A stretch of 64,000 bases of DNA from Pocillopora damicornis. Lineage: Eukaryota. Positions 10,427 to 20,869 of the stretch are shown in pieces (the first letter of the stretch is position 1; every line of letters starts with the position of its first letter). Below the pieces are notes generated by a model. The model saw only the letters and a list, made by a program, of their open reading frames with translations. It made no database searches and was not told the DNA's origin. The DNA is taken from positions 186,001 to 250,000 of the forward strand of contig NW_020847757.1 of assembly GCF_003704095.1 (NCBI RefSeq), written 5' to 3'. Made by a program: the position numbers and the translations under genes.

Positions 10427-13400
10427 CTAAGAAGTTTGCGATGTTCTGTTTCCAGATATCCTCTTCCTCTTTTTTTTTTTGCTGTTACTGTTCTTTCCGC
10501 TGTCACTTTTCAACGCCCCACTCAAACCTAAGGTTTCCTGGGTACGCATTGGCTGAGAGCTATGGAAGAAAAGAAAAACAGAATTCACAAATAGTTTTAT
10601 AACTTTGCCTTTCTGTAACCGTTTTTTTTATAGTCCAAACATACCTCTTCTGAATCACATCACTTCTTTCGGCAGTCAGTATTATAACGTCTTCCTCCTC
10701 GCTGTCATCATTATCCACGATGGAGTGAACGACTGCAACAAAGACAAAACGAAGTAAGGAGCTCTAGAGATCGTTAAAAGTAGTTTCTGTGTTGGGCTTC
10801 GTTCGGTTCAAATTCTTCCTGTTTGTTTTTTTTTCACGTGCTCGAACGCTGTTTACTCGCGCTTGGTACCAAGCGGCATAGTTTCCCGCGCTTTCTGGCG
10901 GTTGCATGTCTCAACGAACTTGACACATGTTTTCCGGTGTGTTTAGTATTGGTTACATATATATCCACACTTTGCACCAATTGCATATTTTCCCGCACTC
11001 ATCATTGGCTGCATATTTGCCTCGCACATGGACCAGTGACATACTTTCCCACTCTTGGCACTACTAGAAGTTGCATATCCGTCAGCGCTCAGCACTGTTT
11101 GCATATTTTCTACGCGCTTGGAGCCATAAGCATATTTTCCCACGCTTGCCAATGATTACATATTTTTCTGCCTCTGGCATTAGTTGTCTCACTCCCTCGC
11201 TTACGAGAAGGATATGTTACATTGCCATTTCGAGATCTGATTGGTTCCCTGGGGCGTGTGGGTCTTGATTGACAGGGATTTTAAGATCAATTCTGGTCTA
11301 TGCGATACGCTTAGGAAAATCAGAATATAAAGCATAAAGTTCAACATTTTTCCCTCTTCACCTTTGCTGCCATTCTTCTGCTGTGATTCTGGTGTCGGAG
11401 ACTCACTATTTCTTTCCTCTCCAGTTATTTCAACCTCCTCACTTTCTTCCATTTCTCCATCTTCTTCATCTAAAACGATCCAAGAATTGTCTCCTCCTTC
11501 GCCAATTTGAGCAGTTCCCGGTCCCTGTCAGAAGCAAACAATAAGAAAAAAAGTAAACCAACACACAAATACACAAATATAGGTTGGATTTAAGCAGTGA
11601 TGCAGAGAAAAATTTCCACTTGAGAGTCAAAAATATTCCGGGGTTGCTTTGGCTTACATCGCTCGGTGATTGGTCCAGGAAACTCGCGCCATCCTAGCAA
11701 CCAATCAGAATCAAACCTAAAACCAATCGTGACCTGGTCACTCGCGTTTTCCCGCGCTTCATGCAGTTTGCTTATTTTTAATCTGCGTTCTCATTGGCTC
11801 CTCGTGATCTTTTCATTTCCTTTGATTGGCTTTTGTGATTTATTTGCCTTTGCTTTACGACCCTCTCGCGAAATACGCTCTATTAAGAGAGGCGGCTTTT
11901 CGTTCATTGTTCCAAAATCAATTTGAGATCCGGAGTGCTGGAAAATGTCATAGTGAGCAGCTAATGAGAACACAAAGTAAAAATAAGCGAATTGCCCATA
12001 GGTTGGGAAAACGCCAATAGCCAAGTCACGTTTGGTTTTAGTTTCAAACTTGATTGGTTGAAAAGATAGTAAAATTTTGTGGACCAATTACATAGCAAAG
12101 AAAAGCAAACCCAAAGTAATTATGAATTATTTTTGAAACTCAATCGCAAATTGCTCCAATAACAAATTACCTTCAATTGTGCTCCCCATGGACTGCAAGA
12201 TTATTCATTGTCAAGGAGTCTAGTAACTCTTTTAGATTGTTCTTTGTAATTTGTACTTTTGCTTAATGAAACAAAAAAAAAGGTTACAGTTGCCTTTGAA
12301 GAATCTCACACTGGCACTTAAATCATTATTAAAAAAAAAAAAGATTATGAAGACTGCAGTACAGTACAGAATACTCCTAAAAATTGGTTTGATTTTATAC
12401 AGTGAGAATAATTTCCAAATGACAAATTATTTGTAAAGGATACTTTTCTTCCATTGCTGTCATATCATCATGTTGTCTTTCTGTGAAGTAAAGAGTAAAA
12501 TAATGTATAACTCTTTTATACCATTCTCAAGTCTGAGTCTCATCATAGGTCAAGCTTGCTCAACTGTTTTCCTTACACAGCTAAAATTCTACCATCTACC
12601 TCATCTTTCTGCTGTTTTTATGCAATCCATACCTACTCTAAAACGATTCTAGTTTATCACTGACTAATTGTTAAGCTTTTCTTTGCCTTCCTTACAGTCT
12701 TCACTGCCAACCATTTTGTGCTCATTCTTTAATCAAAATCTGTTAGCTTTATTTAGGTTTCAATCTGAATCTGTGAATCACTCCTTCCAGCTGAGAATTT
12801 ACACTTCATGACTAGACTATGTTATACATGTTTATTAAGTATTCTTGGAGTATGTAATTTGGTTTGGAAATTACCTATTTAATAATTGCTTCTTCTGAGC
12901 AATATGACTCTGCTAGGATGAAAAACAAGAGAACTAGCTACACCTAAGTTGAGGCACATCTGTAAAATTGGTGCATTAAACATTTTGTGTTTTTCGGTGG
13001 CACAAGGAAAACACCTTAAATTGGAGTAAGTCCTTTGAGTAAAGATGAGCATCAGTAAGAAGTCTGACTCACATTTAATACCAGGCATGAAAATTGAACC
13101 AGGACCACAGTTGTGGGATGCAAGCAGTCTCATCACTGTTTTGTCACTAAATTATGCCTGCTTCCCTATGGGGTAATTCTCCAATTTGTACCTGTTACTT
13201 TTTCCACAGCTCCACTAATATCCACCTCAGACTCATCAGCTGATGTCACAGTAATAATGGATGGTGTTGTATCTGATTCTATCAATCCTGTTTTCCCAAG
13301 AGCTCTGGTTGAAAAAAAGAAATAAGACATAATAGAGTACAAATTTATTAGTCTTTGATATAGTTTTACTGAACTCAAAACTTATACAAATCACAACTTT

Positions 13401-16400
13401 ATCACTCAAACTTCTATCCTTCAAATTTTGACTTCTTAGTGGTTCTTACTGACATCCACCTTGTTAAGCTTGGCCTCTGTCAGTAGCAACTGTGATTCTG
13501 GTTTTAAAATACTCCATTGAAAGGTGTTTTTATAATGCAATAGATTACACTGAGTTAAGCATTCAAAAATAATCATTTGATAATTGTTATTGGAATGTTA
13601 ACAATCTATTCCTTTTGATTACTTAACCCTTTACATCCTAACATCAGTTAACTTATTCTCCATACTGTTCTCTATACATTTCCTAAGGTACTGACAAGGA
13701 GATTTTATGTAATAATCAAGAGCTTCTGTAGTTGGTGATTATTTAATTTATTCTCATGACCTAAATGTCTGGTCACTCTTAGACGTCAAAGGGTTAGCTG
13801 GTCTACTACTTGACTAGACTCTAGGTTCAAAGACTTATTCTAATATCTCTTTCATCATCACACTTACCTTTGTTTAGAATCCTCCTCCAGTGCCTCTTGT
13901 ATAAGAGCGACAATTTCAGTAACCTTAACTGATGCAATCTTGGAACATCTCAGGATCTAGATAAGCAACATGATGATCATTTCATATTCTGTTGTTCACA
14001 AAGCAAACTTTTTGGAACGAAATTGTCCTGGCTTTTTTTATTTCTCTTTTAAATCATTTGTTCAAGGTAACAATGAGCCAAATTAATGTGAAAATTATAC
14101 TATTGTTTGAAATTTGAGATAAAAAATAAAAATTAAAAAGATATTACTAAGAAAAAGTTAAGGAGTAGGATCTCTGGTATTGCCAAGGATATCTACCATA
14201 AAAAAAAAACAAAAAAATAAAATCTTTAGTCAAACATTTTGAAAGAGATTGAGATAGTTTTCAGTAAGATGATTATAGGTGGAAATCCTTAAAACCATCC
14301 CTTAAATCCTTTGGCAGAGTAAATATTCTTGAAGATCTTTGAAAGAATGATATCAGCAGTGTTCTTCAGATTTCTTTTAGTGGTCAGTCACACTTAAATA
14401 TCAACTTACTTCAGTTCTAGACACTGGTACTTGTCTAACTGAAGAAGCCAGTGCTTCAGAAAAGAGTGGCTGGCAAAAATGCTAACTACCTGCACTTCTG
14501 GAGAATACTGGTATCAGTCAGAATAAATGCACCTGTTCAGATTCTAATGAAACTCCACCACCCATCACTGCTCCACAGATTTCACGATGAATATTCATTG
14601 CCATGATCATTCTCCCATCCATTACAATTTCCTCTTTATCTGTTGGATCTACAAGCAACTGTTGCCTGGGAAAAATATTTGAATTGTTAGTTGAAAAAAA
14701 TGATTGCAGTGTTTTTGTGTTTTTTCTTTAAATTCCCATCAATTTTGGGAATGCCGATTTCCCTGGAGTAGCTTTAGGGGACGCATGCTTCTGGGTTTTT
14801 TTTTTTATTTCAAAGTTCATACTTTGTTTCAGAAGAATAAATTAACATGTAAAAAATTGCACAGAAGCTTTTCAGAAACACAACAAAGACAAAAGTTGTG
14901 ACCCTTGAAGGCCACCCAAGGTGTTTGTCTCATTGAAGTCATAGCATATGTCCCACAGTCTGAGTGGTTATTTAAGGCAGGTTTGACCGAATTTTATAAT
15001 TATCGTAGAAATGCTCCAAAATATCATCACATGCAGATTGAAATGCTTGAAAACATGAAATAATGGCCTACCCTTCATTGAAAAAGCCAAATGTTATACA
15101 GACAGGCATATGAAGGATACTGAGGGGGACTGGATCACGGTCCTCTGGAGAGTACTGATAAAATAAGACAGAGCAGAGTATATCATTATTGCTATGTCAG
15201 GCCTGAAATCAGCACTTTTATTGCCATGAACATCATCATCCCAACCATTATCATTATAAGAATTACTTATAATCACTATCATTAATAACAATTTTCATAC
15301 ATTAAAATCATTATGATCATCATTATCATTGGTACTGGGATTGATCTTCATAATATAGCAACAACCTTGTTAAGTTTCTGTAGATGAAAAGATTTGTTCC
15401 TGTATATCTAGCTACCAGTACAATTGAGTCTGGGCAGTCTAAGAAAAAGAGTCTTATCCCAGGAAATTAAAAATGACTGCTAAGTGATACACTAGTCTAT
15501 TATCAGCCTTTTTCCATGTTGAAAATAAATCCCACATTGAAAATAAAATTTTGTGCCTTGCCTCTATTGAACACTTACAATTGTGACATCTTCACCGATA
15601 ACAGACACATCTGGCCGCCTAGAAAAGCAAGGGAATATTTTTTTGAGATCAGGTCAAGGGTACATTTGATTTTTGTTACACAAAAGAAAGTCAAAATTTT
15701 AGAGTTTTTGCATGTTTTTTTGTGAATTTCTTTGGTTGAAACTGAAAAAATTCAAATCTTTGAGCATTGAAGACAAGATAAGACATTGATTTCTGGGCAC
15801 ATTATCTTGGAAGAATGATTATTTGCTTAAAAGGAAAATTCATGCCAAAAATTAGTTAACAAATGAATTTTTAATCATTTTTGTCTTTGTTTGGAGTCAC
15901 AATCAACTGATAAATCAAGCTATCATTAATATGAAAATCACTGAGAGTGTTTTGAGTCAGTCTTCATCAGGTTACCACCTAAACAACTTATTTAAAACAT
16001 TTATTTATCACTATGATATTGATTATAATCACAATGAAAAAAAGCACAGACATCTTCAACAAAAAAAGCAATTTCAAGGTTTTGATAAACAAGCATACCT
16101 AAAGTGAGCCAAAGCTGTAACTGCAGCAATACTTGCGCAATCAGCAATGTTACCACCATTGTCCAATACATGCACATCAACCCTTATTGACCAAACCTAT
16201 GTCACATAAAATATTTCCTGGTATTAATCATGATAATTAGAAAATAAATGTATTCAACAAGAAATCACTATGATACAATCAAGATCAATATTCATTTCAC
16301 CAGAGTACGTGATTTATTGATTTTAAGTGACAATAAATTATAAATAAAAATACAAAAATGGTACTTTTGGTGACCTCATTACAAACATTATTCTACAATG

Positions 16401-18000
16401 GAGAGTGTCTTAAGTTTATAAAACTGAGAATAAAGAGAACAAGACAAAACATGTAATTCAGTTTAATTAATCCAAACCTTTTCACCAGCAACAATGCATA
16501 GAGATTCTACATCAATAGCTCGTGACTCTACGTAACACCTCTCCATAAATCGGTTAAGTTCAGTGCCAAATTCCGTCATTCTATAAGAGGATGTAAGGGC
16601 ATATTCAAGGAAGATATTAAAAATTTATAATCTGTAGTACACTCCTTGTTATGTTAGTTCTGAATTGGCTTTAAAACAATTTAAACTTGTCAGTTGATAA
16701 TTGTTATTGTTATTCATCTGTCTGTGTGTTGTGTAACATGTTGATCTGTACTGAGAAATTACTTTGTTGCCATTCCTGATGGTGAAATATCTAACTTACC
16801 TTCCTGACTCAAAGGCTGGTGATGCCATTGGTGAAAGTTCCACATTGAGAAATAGCTGGCCTTCTGTGGGTCTATTTGGCTTTGGTTGAACAACTTCACA
16901 AGACACTTGAGCTAAAACCCTATCCAAGACAAATATAATGTGCCTATGTTTCATTGTTGTTTTAGACAATCAGAATTCTGAGGGCACCAATTAACCCTTT
17001 ACACCCTAACATCAGTAAGTATATTCTCCATACTGTTCACCATACATTTCCTAAGGTGCTGAGAAGGAGAATTTGTTTAACAATTAAGAGCTTTCTTAGT
17101 TGGTGATTATTTCTTTCATTCTTGTGTCAGTAATGTTTGATTCAGGGATGGTATTGTAAGGAGAAATTAGATGCTAGTCACTCTTAGGGGTCAAAGGGTT
17201 AATAAATTATTCCCAAGATACTCTGTGTATCTGCTTAGAAACAAGGGTAAAAAATTTGAGAGCCTTTGAATAATACATCTTCACAAAAGAGGTTTTGCAC
17301 TTGGCGTTGCAGTTGTTTAAAAGGCGGATAGCATTATCCACTGGAAAAATGATTATCCAGTGGATAGCCTAGTGTAATTTGCTGAGTAGCGATTTACCTA
17401 TTGGAAGGCGCTATCCTCCCCTTAAACAGTTTCGCCCAAACCCTTGGCCCTGGTCCACTTATTTAGGTATTTCCACTTTTCACTGTAATGACTAATACAT
17501 CCGTTTTAAAATCATTGGTCTTCCTTCCTTTCTGATTAGCGATTTATTAACTGATAACTATTTTACCCAGCCATTGAGATCGCGGGAACGATTCCAGACG
17601 AAATTGTATTCCACTCAGTTCCTTCCATTATCACTATCTACTAATGTGAATAATCAAAACGTTTATAACACAAGTCCAGATTGCGACCAATTTATAGAAA
17701 GGGAATGCCTCAGAACCATCCAGAATGACTTGTTGCCGTACCTTGTTTCACCCAGTTGAACCTCGCAATGTCCTCTGTCTACACCAAATAAAATTCTGAG
17801 TTTCCGGTAGTCGTAGGCTTCGCGTCCATCTATGCGCTGTTTATTAATACAAAAAGACTTTAGCAGTCTATTCCAATCAACAATAAAGGGAAAATAAAAG
17901 CAAAAGTAGGTAATCTGGTGTTGTAAACCTTTCTCGATTTGATTCCCTCGAGGAGAAAATCTCTTTCGCACGTAGAAAATGGCACGCTGGATGCTTTCAT
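10427..18000 (-). CDS. EXOSC9: Exosome complex component RRP45 / PM-Scl75
   Basis: Exons 18000-17929, 17836-17742, 16919-16800, 16580-16478, 16196-16099, 15618-15579, 15154-15072, 14665-14533, 13956-13868, 13304-13199, 12912-12875, 12192-12171, 11524-11362, 10732-10645 and 10559-10427. The two micro-exons and the 13199 donor are less certain. Motifs: RIDGR, VQLGETRVLAQVSCEVV, IDVESLCIVAGEKVWSIRVDVHVLDNGGN, RRPDVSV, DPVPLSILHMP, PGTAQIGEG, acidic SIM-like DSEEEDVIIL and a basic C-terminal NLS. Confidence 0.93.
10845..11245 (+). repeat. Degenerate ~30-bp minisatellite in EXOSC9 intron
   Basis: About 11-12 units resembling TTGCATATTTTCCCGCGCTTGGCACC. Confidence 0.75.
13623..13796 (+). mobile_element. 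TTAA MITE, family B (internally deleted)
   Basis: ttaaccctttacatcctaacatcag...cactcttagacgtcaaagggtta; homologous to 16991-17202. Confidence 0.8.
16991..17202 (+). mobile_element. TTAA MITE, family B
   Basis: TTAA-CCCTTT...AAAGGG-TTAA termini, 212 bp. Confidence 0.88.
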
Positions 18001-18299
18001 GGTGTTCAAGGTTGTTTTCAGTCAGGCGTTCCTAGCTACAAGATGAAGCTAATCTTATACCTGGCTCTAATTTGATAGCCGCTGATTATATAAACTGCGG
18101 GTGAAGGGTGCAAGCGATGACTTTCCGAGGACGGAGTAGAATAGATAGGAACTTCACTGTGTCTTTCTGTTGGAAATGTTACGGTGACAAAATATTAGTA
18201 ATCTTCACCCGTTTATGGCTAAAGGTGTGAAGTAATTCCTTACTCTTGAGATAATATTTGAAAAGAAAAAAGCTTGATGCGGGCAGATCTGCTTCTAAT
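18001..18299. promoter_or_regulatory. Bidirectional promoter EXOSC9/PRORP-1
   Basis: 299 bp separate the divergent ATGs. Segment ~18020-18100 is repeated upstream of PRORP-2. Confidence 0.6.
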
Positions 18300-19673
18300 A
18301 TGCGACTGAGGTACATTACACCGTTATGGAGAGGTGGTTACGTAAGCACGTGTTCGTTTCAAAGAACGTTTCTGTCTTCAGAGGCTCCACATTACGGTAA
18401 GACCCTTGAAAACGGCCAAAATTTGGATTCCGAAACGAAGGAAAATGGCAACGGAGATATTATAGGAGCTGTGAAGTTATTTGAAGCCATCAAACATTAC
18501 ACTAAATCCAGTAATATACAAAACAAGACTAAATTGCTGAAATCTTACTGCGACTGGGGACTTTACGAACAAGCCATGAAAATTGTGCGTTCCATCGTCA
18601 ATCTTAAGGTTTACGACACAGATGCTTATGACTTGGTAATAACCAGTATGGCAACGCGTAGACAGATAGGAAAAGCCATACAGGTCTTCGAGGAGAAATT
18701 GAAGAGGCAACAACACTTTCCAACCAAAGTATACTTAAGTGAATACGTCACGGAAATGATTGAACTGCTCCTCAATCCTGAAAATCTGATAATTAAGGGA
18801 GAGGTTTTTGATGAACATCGTCATACTAGAACATCACAGATAGTGTTTCGTTATCTTGAACAAAATGGGGAAAGATTACCATTAAGATTAATTCGTGCAA
18901 TTCACTCGTGGCTCATGCATGATCCAAATAACTACTGGACTTGGCAGAACTGCACAATTAGTGAAGCAGGAAAATGCTCTTTCTGTGGTAATATGTTGAT
19001 AAACCGCTTACCCTTAGAGGATGTACGCCAGTTGAAATTTGAAATCCTAAGGCTTTTTGAAATTCCACAGAAGTCTACTTTTAAACTGAACGATATAAGT
19101 TTAGAAGACCAGATGTACCAAGAGATACAAGAATTGAAGATGTTTGTCAAAGAAAAGGGGCCATTTGACGTAATTATTGATGGCTTGAATGTCCTTTGCA
19201 CAGAATCAAAATTTAAGTTATCATCACACAGGCTATTAGAAATGGTAAATCACTTTGCCATACAACAGAAGAATGTTATGGTTGTATTATCTAAGAAAGA
19301 ACTGGAAAATAGGAAAGCCACTAGGGCTCTCAAAACTACTAATTGTGCTGTTTTCATGAGCAGCTTTGGAAATGATGATTTGTACCTTTTGTATGCTGCA
19401 GCCATGAGTGGATTGCGATATGTTGAGGTTGTCACCAATGACAAACTCCGAGATCACCGCCTTTTATTCCCAGCTGAAGTGGGATGGATATTCTCAAGAT
19501 GGACACGGTTAAACCGTGTAAGCTTTACAAAAGGAGGAAAAGGAAAACTGCAATTTTTCAGAGACAGAGTTGACCCTGTTGTGCAGTACAATGGGAATTC
19601 ATGGCACTTTCCTGTTGCTAATGAAGCATGGAGGTGTTCAAGGAGATCAAAACGGTTCAAAAATTTATTTTAA
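18300..19673 (+). CDS. PRORP: Protein-only RNase P catalytic subunit (PRORP/MRPP3-like), paralogue 1; intronless
   Basis: Single ORF; the first ATG is at 18300 (the ORF track starts at an upstream TTG). It has an Arg-rich presequence-like N-terminus, PPR-like helical repeats, CxxC (CSFC), the NYN nuclease motifs GPFDVIIDGLNV, NDDLYLLYAA and VVTNDKLRDH, and the C-terminal Zn ligands SWHFP...WRC. Confidence 0.9.
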   Translation: MRLRYITPLWRGGYVSTCSFQRTFLSSEAPHYGKTLENGQNLDSETKENGNGDIIGAVKLFEAIKHYTKSSNIQNKTKLLKSYCDWGLYEQAMKIVRSIVNLKVYDTDAYDLVITSMATRRQIGKAIQVFEEKLKRQQHFPTKVYLSEYVTEMIELLLNPENLIIKGEVFDEHRHTRTSQIVFRYLEQNGERLPLRLIRAIHSWLMHDPNNYWTWQNCTISEAGKCSFCGNMLINRLPLEDVRQLKFEILRLFEIPQKSTFKLNDISLEDQMYQEIQELKMFVKEKGPFDVIIDGLNVLCTESKFKLSSHRLLEMVNHFAIQQKNVMVVLSKKELENRKATRALKTTNCAVFMSSFGNDDLYLLYAAAMSGLRYVEVVTNDKLRDHRLLFPAEVGWIFSRWTRLNRVSFTKGGKGKLQFFRDRVDPVVQYNGNSWHFPVANEAWRCSRRSKRFKNLF

Positions 19674-19775
19674 ATGCACATTTTTTAAAAGCTATGTACA
19701 ATAGAGAATTTTGAAACTTGTTTATTGAGGCATAACTGAATGGCTCTTCCAGTAAACAAATATAATGGTATATTT

Positions 19776-19872
19776 GATAAATTATGTGATTCGGGTCACC
19801 CTGTGGCACTTATGTAAATGTTAAGATAAATTATGTGATTCAGGTCATCCTGTGGCACTTATGTAAATGTTA
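19776..19872 (+). repeat. 49-bp tandem duplication
   Basis: gataaattatgtgattc(g/a)ggtca(c/t)cctgtggcacttatgtaaatgtta occurs twice with 2 mismatches. Confidence 0.9.
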
Positions 19873-20869
19873 TTACTGTTGGAGGAAAAAAATTGGCTTT
19901 TTGTTAAATGATAGTTGTGAACTTCTTCTTTCCTTAAGTTATGTATTTCCGTTATGTGCCAATTAATTCAAAGTTTGAAATTCCCCCCTCTTCCTCCCTG
20001 TCTACCCATGGGCATTTTACTGTCATCTGTGCTCATGGGGCAGGGAATTTCAATCTTGCTTAGGTGGGGAGGGGAATTTGAATCAGAACTGTCAAGTTTT
20101 CCCTAGGTCTACAAGAAAGTCACAGTGGCAGATCTTACCTTTACTTTGATCAAACTGGTCTTCAAAAGTTCAAATGCCTTGTGGAATATGTGATAAAATG
20201 AAGGTTGTTTACAGGAAAATGACACATGATGGGGTGAAGCTCAAGGCAACATAAGGCAAATTTGATTGGTAGTTAATGCCAAAGCATGGGAGTTGTGTGG
20301 AAATTTACTAACAATAGCATTTAGTTTCATGTGAGATTTTTTAGTGGGTTGAGATGATATTGAAAATTTAGGCAGTTTACTGGGAAATGTCATTTTATCA
20401 GGGAAAACCTAATTGGTAGTGATAAGGAAACACAGAACTGTTCTAGGAAAGTACCATTAAACACAATATGTAATTCATGGAGAACTTCTAAAAGCAAAGA
20501 AACAAATATTTACATGGCAGAGGGAATCAGTTTCGGCTGGCTACACGCTTATTTCCCGCGCAAAATTTTAAAGGAACAAATTAAGAAACAGCGTTAATTG
20601 ACCGCTCTCTCGCAAAGTGAGCGTCGTGTTTAATTCAGACAGGCGTTCCTAGAGCGGAACTAAAACTCGAGCATCAACTGGCACTAATTTGGTAGGCGCT
20701 GATTAGATGACTGCAGTTTCATGATGATTTAGGGGCACAGGGACCAGAGAGCGGGGAAGGATAGAAATAATTCAGTCCGGGTCTTTGTTATCTTCTCAAC
20801 TGTTGTATGACTTTTGTTTTTGGAAACAGTTTAGGAACATTCAGCTGCTTTATCCAACGGGAACCCGGT

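Noticed and set aside
10823-11268. ORFs of 110, 69 and 65 aa with periodic Cys/His or GKYA motifs
   Set aside because: They are translations of the 30-bp intronic minisatellite.
15094-15291. Apparent EXOSC9 exon reading FRPDIA
   Set aside because: It is out of frame with the DPVPLS exon; the true RRPDVSV exon is at 15618-15579.
18258-18299. N-terminal extension MKRKKLDAGR (NLS-like) on PRORP-1 in the ORF track
   Set aside because: It starts at TTG, not ATG, and the first ATG (18300) aligns with the paralogue's start. A non-AUG nuclear isoform cannot be excluded but is unsupported.
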